A stretch of DNA of 61,485 bases, the filler included, from Perkinsus olseni (Eukaryota): NCBI GenBank assembly GCA_013115125.1. It is 5 parts of 5 records of this genome, joined end to end, with 100 filler letters (N's around TTAATTAATTAA, not from the genome) between each part and the next. Parts side by side here need not be neighbours in the genome. Positions count along the whole stretch, not along the records: positions 49,300 to 61,485 come from JABANN010000803.1; 4 more parts are not named here. One strand, given 5' to 3'. The notes under the pieces are model-generated. The model searched no databases and was not told the origin of the DNA. It was given only the letters and a program-made list of their open reading frames with translations. Of the stretch, positions 50,420-61,485 are shown piece by piece; position 1 is the first letter of the stretch, and each line of letters opens with the position of its first letter. A program made the translations under genes and the position numbers.

Positions 50420-52387
50420 CGGTGGTCGTGCCTGGGTCTAGGGGATCTCCAACTTTCAACTTGGAAGCTTCAGAAACGAGCGCTAATGCGAACTCGTCGT
50501 AAATGTCCTCGTGGATGAGCAGACGAGACCCGCAAAGGCAAATCTGGGAAAGATACGCCGCAGCGCGCAGAAGAATGGAAGCCACTCACTTGACCCGAGT
50601 TGGCAAAGGCGCTTCGGATGACCGTAGGCATCATGCGGGCTCCTTTGATTGGGGCGTCCCTCCATATTATAGTAGCATTCTTACCGCCAAGCTCGAGGGA
50701 CACTTTCTTCAAGTGCGGGGCGGCGAGCTGACATATGACCCTCCGACACAGCGGTGACCAGGGAGCACTTACGGAGGCGATCCTGCGGCCTGTGGCGGTC
50801 CCGCCGGTGAACGAGATGGCGCTTACCGACGGATGAGTGCAGAGGACATCGCCAAGATCCTGGCCTGAGAATTCTTGCGTCAACGAAGATATCCAGGAGA
50901 GAATCTTTCACCTTTGCCATTCACCACGTTGATGACTCCCTTCAATTTAGGTCCGATTGTCGAATTAGATGCAATCAGACCGACTAGTTTGGCGAGAGTA
51001 GACGGGGCGAGCTCAGTGGGCTTACAAACGCACGCGTTGCCACTGGCTATGCCTGACTGGTGGCACTGAAGCCAACTCTTTCGAAGAGGCCCTACAGGGA
51101 GCGATTTTCCATGTCATCAAGTAAAGAGGGAGGTTCCAGGGAGCTATCAAAACGCAGACTCCCAACGGGCTCCTTCTAGTGTAGCTGAGAACGTCTGAAA
51201 TGGGGTGTTGTGGACAGTCTTCATTGGTGGCGGCAGCACTTGCCTGGCCTCTGTGAGCTAGTCGAAGTCTCCTGAACTCGCAACTTCGCCGCGAAGTAGC
51301 GGAAGTTTTCCTCAACTCGGGAGATGTCCACATGGCGAGACTGAGTAGGGCGCTACCGCATGAGCATTCCTACGAACCAGCAGAGCGAGATGATAACTAG
51401 ATGGGAACTTGATGATATGAACATATCTCGCGGTCTATCGTTATACACGGGTGGTCCCTCGTGAACCCTTACTGACCACAGTCAATGGCTTGCCAGTATC
51501 CGCGGTCTCTAGCCTCGCAAGCTCTTCCTTATTCTCCGAAACTAGATCCGCAATTGTCTCCAGCACTGCTGCCCGTTCAGTACGGCTCATCTTGGGCCAG
51601 GGGCCTAAACCACGTCACCTCAGCAACAGGAAACCTCCAGTGGCCCGAAGGCGGAAACTGTCGAATGACAAGACCTTTCGATGGCTCTATAACATTGAGA
51701 CATTTACTCGCCCTAGAGTGAGGCCGCTATGCCAGCGGCCGCTTGAAAATACCATACTAGTGAGTAAAGACAGCAGTTCGGTGGTACGGTCGTGATAGGG
51801 ACATCAAGTTGTCGTATCAAGAGGCCAGTTTGGCGGAGAGCTTCGAGTAGGAGGGTCAATTCCGCCAATGAGGAGCCTAATATCATAAAAGCCTGATATG
51901 ATATCACGGCTAATAGACTTCTCAATGGTATAGAGACAACGCTAGCTGCAAGTGGTAAGGCGTAATGGAGATGGACCCGCCGATCTGCTTTCTCACCATT
52001 TTTAAAAGCCACGTCCGCTGCCTCAATTGCAGTCTGGCCATCCTCCGCGACCGAGGCCCTGACATATCCATTCAGCTCGCCAGTGGCCGGATTCACGTTC
52101 TTCAAAAGCCAGTTGGATTCACTGGGTACATTCGCGCCTGTAAAGTAGCAAAGATGAAACACTGACACAGCGGAGCGATGCAGCACTACCATCAATGAAG
52201 TTCTCTATTATCGGCAACCCCGCTCCAGCCTCGGCCGCGGGTATCCTCTCGGGGACGTTGGGCGGCAGGACAAGGAATCTTTCGCCCTCCCTCGACTCAG
52301 AAGGAATCTGCTGATGAATACACGTAGACGGGCAGGGATAAACCACTGCTTGGTACCGTATCTTTCAGGTCGACCTGTTCCAACCAT
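50420..52387 (-). CDS. Aldehyde dehydrogenase, ALDH8A1/2-aminomuconate semialdehyde dehydrogenase-like; C-terminal part missing
   Basis: [64 protein letters not shown]; last recognisable exon ends [12 protein letters not shown]. Confidence 0.88.
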
Positions 52388-52769
52388 GGTGATGATAGGG
52401 GTATATGATACTCGATATCAGTGTTCGACATAAAAAGGCCACAGAGTTGCTACCGAGGAACCCTGTCCACTGCGAGGGCCTAACCCGCGATTATTGAAAC
52501 GCAGTACACTGTAAATCGGTAAGGGGAAATATTAATCCGCAGAACTCGATGGTATGAACACCGACAGATATTATCCCACAATCGACTTGATCATGCGAAG
52601 CCGCACCAACTCTACCAACTGCCAACACCTAGATGTGGATACCGAAAAACAACCAAGACTCAGAACCTAGCGACGCTCGCACTACACAGAATTGGCTCAC
52701 TGCCTCTCTACAAGTGACAAAAATACTGGACAAGGACAATGCAATGTTATATATCTCGTTATTAGCGTA

Positions 52770-55513
52770 GCCCGAGGAACGGGCGTCTCAGGAAGCTCAG
52801 CTGCCGCTGGCATGGGCGCTCTTGTTGCTGCTGAGGAGCAGCATAGCCGCCGCCGAGGCTACGACCACGCCGCTCATGACAGCCTGGTTGAACTGGGAGG
52901 ACAATCGCCGTTCATGTCTTCGGCGTTCCATACGAAGGTAGAACTTATTGGACAGCAGCCGGGCTCGATCGATGAGCAGCAGCGAGCAACTCTCTATTAT
53001 AACCATTCGGAGGAACTCTGCTGATGTGGACGGATGGCCATCAAACCTCGGCATGGTGTAACTGCCAGGCGGGGATACGAGGAGTGTGTAGAATAGCGGT
53101 ACGAAGAGGCAAAGATGTGGTATGCGCTCCGAAGAAACTTTCGTACTAGGGAAGCTCACAATCACATTGATGCGAAGATCCATCGAAGACCGCAGCCTCG
53201 CCAGGCGTAATTACTCCCCGCGTTTCTATGCTACTTCCCCTACTACAACCCACCTACCGGGAATCCTGTTCTTCGTGACTGCTGGCTTGATCCAATACTA
53301 ACGGACACTGGAGCACCTGAGATGACCTCGCAGAGTTTCCAATATCATCTTCCAAAGTTACTTGCGCCAGCAGTCCAACTGTGGCCGATTCTGTCACTGT
53401 AGCATGTGAGCTTGATGGGGTCATCCCAGCCAATTGATCCGCACTCTGAGGACGCCCATTCAAGAGCTCCCGTTTCACAGCCCCATTGCTGCTGCTACTA
53501 CTACCTCTCTTAACGACCGCTCATCGTTCCCTTCAGTTACGGCGTCTCCAGCTCCCATTGGAAGGGTGTCAGCCCGAGGTGGCCGAATGTACGTATTAAA
53601 ATCATCAAGCTCATGACCATCACCCTCCGCGGCTCCCTCTCCCTCCACCTGGTGACGCGAACTACGCTCTTCCAGCAGCAGCCGCTGCTTACCGATAAGT
53701 CCGGGCGGGGCAGCAGGGACATCCGACTACAAGTTGCCTCGGAACCCGCGGCCCTGCTGCTCTGAGGTGGTCTGTGAGGGGGTACGTCCACCGGCGATGA
53801 TGACGATTCATGAACAGCTGCTTGCTCTCCGCAGTACAGCGCTGCGAAGGGACCCGTCGATACAGACGATCCTTCGACTGCTGCTTACCCCCATCTGTCT
53901 CCCCTTCTCTTGCCAGCAGGGGGTTCCCCGCTAGTGGCGTTGGGCAGCCAGAGGAGGCGAGAGTTGGTATCGGAGAACAGTCGCCATCACCCTCCTCCGA
54001 CTCCCTCGTAACGCTCCAACCGTTCTCACTCGTGCCTGGAAGGAACGCCCGTCACCGGTGCGAAAGCGGTGGGGAAAATTCCGGCGGATAGATATTCACA
54101 TTAAGGGTATGCAAAAAACGCGGCGATTCAGACTCTATCCTGGTCTCTGTCTGTGTCGTACATCATAGCTGCCTCAAAAGAAATAACGGTAGGGCATTCA
54201 CAAAAAAGGCTGATCGGCGGACGGTCAAGAAAATGACGCGACGATTTCCGAGCGATCCACTTCGTTTTCGGGCCTCCGACAAGCTCCGAGTCTCACCCCT
54301 AGAAGTAGTGGAGGTCCCTACAGCGCCGCCCTGGACCTCGTCTGGCGTAACTCCCGTCGCCACTGAGGACCCACCGTTATCGCGGTCCGCACTAGTAGCC
54401 GTGTACGACCGTACACCGTACCAGTCTTCGAAGACTGCTACCTGGGAAAGAATAGGAGCTAAGTGGACTGGGAGGGTCGACAGACTGCACGATCCGAGGA
54501 AAGTAAAATCCTTCCATTCGGAGAGCATCATGACGCGGTCAATTTATTGGGCAAGACCAAAGCTCGACTGAGAGATAGACCGAGGGACGATACCTGAGTG
54601 GTCGTCCCCTCTACGAGACTTTTTGTTAAGACAAGATCCCCAGTGGTAATTTGACATACAGGCGTTCGAAGGGAGCGATACCTTGCGACCAAAAGCCCTG
54701 CGAAATTATTGATAGCGCGGGGACTATGATCACACGCGTATCTTCTAGCGGCGGCAGCGGCGAGGTGGACCGAGAGAGGGAAGCAGTGGACCTACCTTAG
54801 CCGCCAGGAGGGACTGGCGTACCGATGCCCTGATAACTGACAGCTCGAACCGACTAACTTGATCTACCTTCGTTATTATCGGCACCTGAGCCTTCCGCTA
54901 CTGACACCGTCATCATCCACTTAGCCTACCAAGTTCGTCAACCTCCCAACGCCCTGCATGACATCCACGGGAAGGTCCATGCTCCCCACCGGAGCCGCTC
55001 TTACCAAAAACAAGCACACCTGTACAGCAGTACACGCTCCATCACCCTTAGCCCGGCCCGCACGTGAATGCGGTCGTCGGGGAGCGATTGCCCTCGTTGC
55101 CAGCCGCCAACACAGGGCGGCCTCTGGTGGCGCTGTGGACTGTGTCTGGCCCTTCTGCGACGACTGCGGTAGGCCAACAGCTCCATCTCGAGGCTCTCTA
55201 CAAGCTGCGGTGACACGTCCATGGACTCGGTCTGGCAGTAGAGCAGCATAGCCGAGGAGCCTCCCAAGGGCGGCGCTGTAACTCACAATGGTAACTTGAA
55301 AGCTGATCGCGGCTGGCTTGTCTGTGACTTGGTAGATCCGCTGAGGCCCCAGGGAACTCTGACGCGACCCGACCTCGACCCACTGAGTGGAAGGAGCCGT
55401 ACGACAGACAATTGGTGGGTGACAGCGCTGATGAAGCCCATGCGTACTGGCGAGCCTAGCAGGGAATTGAAACGCCCTTTCATTGGCCCGGGTTCAAACC
55501 CACGGAGGTCCAT
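52770..55513 (-). CDS. Hypothetical multi-exon gene or genes
   Basis: Series of minus-strand exon-like frames (VSPQLVESLEMELLAYR, MMLSEWKDFTFLG, LLIDRARLLSNKFYLR). No family recognised; boundaries uncertain. Confidence 0.3.
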
Positions 55514-55699
55514 GATTCACACACAGAAAAGACGGTAATGCGCGCGATGGTGGCCCCCGGTATCAGATTGGCCCGAGCCTTACCGAGCGCATCATTCTCT
55601 CTCTGAGGGTCGACTTGCCAACGCCAGGCTTGCCCACTGATCAGAGAAAGGACTCGCAAATAGCAGGGCGTATCATCTCAGAAAATATCTTCCACGCAC

Positions 55700-56580
55700 G
55701 TACCCAAAGCTGCCACATGGCATTCACACCCTCCCTCTTAAACGATTCAACCCCCAGCTGCGGGCCCCCTACCTAGAAGAATATTGAGCCGGCACCCAGT
55801 GGCTCTGAATCGCCACTTGTTCTGCTTTTCTAGTTTCTGCAGCACGGTAGCTGCTGCCGCGTCACTGGACGCATCATCAGCGAGCCTCAGATCACGAGAC
55901 ATGATCGTACCTATGTCGGAGGGCAGCCACATCAAAAGCAGATAAGCATCTATCAAACACCATCAACAGCGTTTTTTCAGGTCCACCGGACACTTCGACG
56001 GGGGAAAGTCACTAAGGTGATACTGCAAGGGCCGTCAGGGACGCGGGCCAGCCATGAGGCCTCATACCGGCCGCTCTCGAGTACCGGGCGCCGGGGCCGT
56101 AGCAAGAGGAAACTCAGCGGCCAACGAGAATTTTGTCAATGACCCCTCTCTAGTGTCGCTAAAGGCCCTTTCCGATAGAAGTTAACGACGAGCAAGCGCC
56201 CGCTAGCATGGATATGAGCATCCCCGCCTACTAAGGGAACTAAGGTCATCGTAGGTGCTCTGATGCGACGGGGGCGCTGCTGGCGCTGCTGCCCCTGACC
56301 TCGACACTGGTGACGCATCACCCCCCTCCTCGATAGGACGGGTGTCTTCGGGGTGAAAGCTCGGCGAGATCTTCTCAGAGCCGGAAGATAAGGCGTCCAA
56401 CCCCGGTCTGTAGCACACAGAATCCCATCCGACCACAGACGCCGCGCGCCACGAAATTCGTCCACACTGCAGATCGCATGCTAGCCTCGGTTATGACCTC
56501 CGTCCCTCCTCCTGTCCGCTAGCTGCCGTCGCGCTAGGGCGTTTGCCCTCTTGCGCAGGACCGAAGAAGTAGGAGAACAT
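55700..56580 (-). CDS. Hypothetical protein, multi-exon
   Basis: Start MFSYFFGPAQEG about 190 bp after the UBC stop; exon-like LIDAYLLLMWLPSDIG...LQKLEKQNKW. Confidence 0.3.
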
Positions 56581-56767
56581 CGACAACTCTAGGTAACCCT
56601 CATACCTGCACAATCCCCCATCAACGGCGGTATTGACAGAACGCAAGACTTCTGAGAGCACCCTGTTGCCAAACCGAAACCAGGCATTCCAGCAATCGTG
56701 CTGTGAAACAACACCACAGCAATGGGACAGGCAGTAGCTGGGCACCAGCTGCGTTCGGCAGGCTCGT

Positions 56768-58035
56768 TCAACCCTCCAGTAGGCTGTTCAGGGCAACAGT
56801 TTCATCCCAATTGTGCGTCTCTAAGGCCTTCACCACTTGCTCTCGAGGGAAGCCCATATCGCACACATTTTTTATCTGAGAGGAGCTCATCAACTCCGTA
56901 AAAGAACGAAGTCTTCCCAGTGGGAAGTTCCCACCTTCTCCTCATGGGGCGCCTGAGCCTCCACGCACGCAAAGGTGGCCGTCCAGTACTTGGCCGTTTG
57001 GTTGAACAACGCCCGATCAGATTTGTACCTGAGAACTCCGACACTCCGAGGTAGGCGGTGATGGTCACTGGTATCACATATTAGCAACTTCCGCGTCTTG
57101 CGGATCATCAGGCTCGGCACACGAAAGAAGGGCCTGGAAAGGGAAAGGCGGTGACTTCCACTGTCGAACCTTCAACTGCCACCAAACTGATACGAAAATC
57201 CGAATACCATCTACCGAAATTCTCATGACCTTACAAGAGGTAAGGTCGGAGACGCCGTGCGACGTCTCCTGAGCACCCCCCACCAGCGCGCATGAGACTG
57301 TTCAATAGGAAGCGTTACGACAAGGCCCGGCCGAGCCAGGACACGAATATGCGTGATCGGGCATATGGCTGCTCTTTTACCTGAATGCTGAGAAGGGCCG
57401 TACGGATGGTTAACGCCGGGGACCATTCCTTGCCCAGAACATCGAGGCAAATAGCACCTACGGAAATCGTCCGGGCGCGCGCTTTTTACATCGCGGGTTA
57501 ATACTACCAGTCTGCGAGCTGATATTAGGATGCCATATTTTGGTATCAAACTTCATCTTCGGTGGGGTGTATCTGGTACAAAAGTTAATGTGGTTGGGTA
57601 AGGAGTGGTATGGCTCGTATTACGGATAGTCAGCAGGGATGGTGATGTCAATAACGAAGTGGCCTCCTTCGTATGGCGTGCCCGGCGGTCCGTCCAAGTG
57701 GCCCTGATATGCAAATATCAAAGTCTAACCGCGCGCCACGAAATCTCGAATCACGAAAAAAGGTAGCGCCCCAGTCGAGTGGTTGATGATTAAGAATGAA
57801 GAGAAAAGGAGGTAGCAGGGATAGAACCCGCGACCTCTAGACCTATACCACCTTCCAATGTGTTAGATCATCTCCCACAGTATCAGCATTTATCGAACTC
57901 TCCTCTGACTGCGAACGGATGTCATCGAGCTCCTTATTGAGCCGCTTTTGCTCTCGAGCCTGAAGAGACGGTGACCTATTTCGAATCTTGCGAGCTCGAC
58001 CTAAAGATGTGCACCGTTCTTACTTTCATAGACAT
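56768..58035 (-). CDS. UBC1: Ubiquitin-conjugating enzyme E2 with C-terminal UBA (UBC1/UBE2K type), multi-exon
   Basis: KRLNKEL, DLTHWKGHLDGPPGTPYEGGHF, PPKMKFDTKIWHPNISSQTG, AEPDDPQDAEVA, TAKYWT, UBA MGFPREQVVKALETHNWD. First exon junction unresolved. Confidence 0.92.
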
Positions 58036-58204
58036 GGTAGAAAATCAGCAAAAAACTCCAACTGTACCAGCAACTGCAAAAACAGTATTCCTGACTCGCT
58101 TCGCTCCGCCTTCACATACCACAACAAAACCCTGTAAGCCCATGAAACTTGGCATTATATCAAATTATTGGTACCAATACTACAGTGCATAATCGTACCA
58201 TACA

Positions 58205-59735
58205 TCAGCCGGGATCTATCTGATCTGGGTTGGGACCCTCGCACGCCGGACATACTCGCCAGGACCCCGATGGCAGTGGTAAGGTACCTGAGTCGCCTTG
58301 GGTCCACGCAGCCACGCGATCAAAATCGGTAATTCTAGCAACGCTACCGAGATTCGTGTTTAGGATAAGGCATAGCCAAAGGACATCTAAGATGTTGGGA
58401 ATTTCAGAGGCGGAGCCTGTTTCGAAAGAGCCCGATGAGACTGTCCCCACTGTTGACCCTAGATTCGGTGAGGTCCCACCAAGACGCGTAACAGCTAGCG
58501 CTGGCACTAATCTATGCGGTGCCTTAAATGCGTCGAATCTGCAAGAACCCCGGCAAATCGATACCGCCGAACGCAGTAATCGTCAGTGAAGATTATGCTG
58601 CTCTATCTGGACCGTTCACGAAGATCCTCACACTCGCCCTGCGGGCCCAGTATTACACCAGGGACACTTGCGACCGCCATCTCCCACTTCATCATCATCG
58701 CTACTATCCGATAGTTCTATAATCCTCCGCTCTGACGGTGCGGTGGAACAGGAACCTCCAGCAGAGGTACTCGGCTGCATTGCCGATGATTCTGCCAACG
58801 CCTCGAGCCGCTTCTGTGCAGCGGTCGTCTTGGAACCTGATCAATTCGGAGATTGCCCAAATGGATCCTTGCGTGATCACTAGTATGAAGATGCGCGTAC
58901 CCTACTGGGACTGGCGAAGAGCACTACAATTGCTGTTGATCTGGGCGCTGCATAGGTCCACAGCGAAAGGGAGGTCTAACGAGTCTTGCTACCTTCGCTC
59001 CGCTTTCTCTTTTTCCCTCTATCAAGTCCACTATCACTACTGGGACTACTGATAGGAGGGGAGTCATCAGGACCATCGTCGTGAGTATCGCAAAGCCGAG
59101 CATCTCTCATGCGTCGCTCCGCCGCCATCCTGTAAAATGACGTCAATCACAAGCCCCCGAAGCCAATATAGATGAGAAATTACCAGACCGTTAGACAAAC
59201 CCACGAGACCGATCAGCCGGCACCAACAAGCGGGCAGGAAGTGGGAACCCGGATGCCACAGAAACCACCCGACAGATTGCGCTAGTTGAAACTTTCACAG
59301 ACTTAAAAAGTGTTACGAATTACATATGCGCAGACCATCAGCGGAGTTAATCGAACAAAATTAGAATCCTCTCAATGATTTCACGATACTCTAGAGACCT
59401 CAAAAAACTTGGACAGACGAACAACTCGATCAACATCGATCGGAAACCTCCATTTCGACTTTCCGGATAGGGTCATAGGAGCGACACCACTCCAGATCAC
59501 ATCAAAGGCGAGTTCGCTCATCTGGACCAGAAGTTGTGACTCCCCTCCACGGAAGATTACCTGGCCAGTTCCCTCTGCGGTAGTTCACCATAAGCCTTCT
59601 TGTCTCCACCCAGCTTCCTCCCTCGGCCCCGCTTTATCCTAGGCTTCCTAGAGGTCCTTTTAGTCGACTGTTTCCGACCAACTCCCGGGCTAAACTCCAC
59701 CAGTGTGTCTGTCGCTGCTGTGGCGGATGTCCCAT
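58205..59735 (-). CDS. Hypothetical multi-exon gene
   Basis: Exon-like frames DGTSATAATD...KPRIKRGRGRK...ELAR (ends at GTAAT) and ITQGSIWAISELIRFQ...YLCWRFLF. Function and limits unknown. Confidence 0.3.
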
Positions 59736-61138
59736 CTGAATGCAGAACGACGAAAGTGAACCAATGGAAAGCCTAGCTTACGCGCTCAGACAGCAGGAAA
59801 ACGAACCAAGTATTTGGAAACCTGAATAGCACTACTATTCCCTTCCACGGTTATCCGAAGATCCGCAGAATGTACGCGTCCAATGTCAGAGTCTAGCCAG
59901 CGAAGGAACTACGGTGAAGATCCAGTTGTAAGGCGCCGAGGGTGATCCAAGTTGCCGAGAGGAAGAGACACCGTCAAGATATGCAGTCTGAAATACTTGT
60001 AAATCACACCGTACGAAAACCCCTATTATCGAGGGGGCCACAGACTACATTGAATAGTATCAACTCTGCCACCACGCTTGGCCTAAAAATGATCGCAATT
60101 TCCACATGAATATGAAATTGGGAAGCCGTAAAAATGCACAGTCTGGGAGGCCTACATATTTCACTGTTGCAAAAACTCCGAAATTTTAGTGGGAAAGCAT
60201 TAACCGTGTCGTCGAGATTTTTCTGAACTTTGCCGCAATCTCGATATGACTATGCAAGTATCGAAAACTTGCTCCTCCCAGTTTCAGCTTCGACTGGGTT
60301 ATACCTGTAGCGCCAGCGGCGGGACGATGAGGTCTCCTATTAATGAGGTCCAACGATAGCGGATGACCAAGTATAAGGACCTCACACTCTGCTTTGATAG
60401 AGTCCAAACACTTGTAGAAGGTAGCGTTATGAGGGCCGTAGGAGTTGTGGACTAACTCGTGTAGTACTGTACCTTACACGAGAGGAAAAGGTCATCATCA
60501 CCAGTCTAACCGACTACGACCGCCAAATTATTCCTATTTTTATAACGGCTTTGATGCACTACTCAGTCGGTCAGTAAGCGTTTGGGTCTAACAGGGGGCG
60601 CGCGCGGCTCGAATAGCAATAAATTCATGCCATCGCTGTCTAATCATATCGAGCGCGCCTCTACACACCACCACGACCCTCGAAATCTTTTCTTAACCAA
60701 CTTCAACCATTCGCAGGTATCCTACTACTACTACAACAACTATTACGAGTGGTATCTATCGAGAGAATTGTTCACTATTATTACCAAGCACATCCATGTA
60801 CGACAGGAAGTGGCCAGGGTCCTTGTTGCGTCGAAGGCGTATCTTTACCGCTAGCCCACGATTGACATTGAGACCAAGTAGTCTGTTGTTCTTCGGGACA
60901 AACTCCATCATATGCGCTACTCTCCTGAAGGACACTTGAACACGTCGATAGTGGTGCTAGTAGTAGTACCATCGTCGCCTCTTCATTATGGGAATGACTA
61001 GCTGCGCAGCGCTGTTGAGCATGCGTTGTGCTTTGTCGTCATCCCTCAGGCCTAGAGTGGACACCTGAGAACAACTATAAGCGGGGTTACCTCCTACTAC
61101 GACAGAAACCTCAGTAGAGCGTGGTGCTGGTCAACACA

Positions 61139-61240
61139 CCAACTCTGAAACTCAAAATTGATTCTGAAGCCGCATCTTACGCATGAAAATCAATTCCAGA
61201 ATCGATTTTCAGTTTCAGAATTACTCTGCTCCGCGGGGAG
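61139..61240 (+). repeat. Dispersed GAATC/GATTC-rich repeat, copy B
   Basis: Collinear with the reverse complement of 14106-14207 through to ...ACTCT(G/A)CT..GCGGGGAG. Confidence 0.7.
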
Positions 61241-61485
61241 AGTAACATCATGGACGACTACTGCTGTCACTAATTCTAATCCGTCATATTCATACGCCCG
61301 GGGTTTAGTCAACAATAGCGAAAACACAGTCACGCTCCCTCACTTGAGCATAGTAGCACGTTAAAGACACAGACACGTCGCACGGTGACGCCGAGAATCA
61401 AAGTGCCCCAAGAAAAAAACTGATTAAAGATATTTATGTGTAGGACTCGTACACAATTTTTCAAGGCCATATTCGCATGCTGTGG

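Overview
Eukaryotic, gene-dense protist DNA with many short (about 45-60 nt) GT-AG introns. Intron style and gene content suggest an alveolate of the Perkinsus type (inference, not proven). The window is a scaffold with five N-gaps; four carry an artificial TTAATTAATTAA linker. Recognisable spliced genes: eIF2A, exosome RRP40, GH18 chitinase, MATE transporter, Sfi1-like protein, RIC1, SH3BP5-like protein, kinesin, CDF zinc transporter, ankyrin protein, ALDH8A1-like dehydrogenase (cut off next to a transposon) and UBC1/UBE2K. Non-coding features: a tandem tRNA-Thr(AGT) array, IS630/Tc1-mariner ends and a transposase with an apparent CTAG target, and a dispersed GAATC/GATTC repeat family. The most striking unexplained item is a pair of intronless, secreted paralogues (12560-13609, 17336-18373) with a glycoside-hydrolase-like barrel pattern and a shared upstream motif; one is about one-third Tyr/Lys/His, a candidate wall or adhesive protein. 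Exon boundaries were read by eye; multi-exon CDS coordinates are gene spans.
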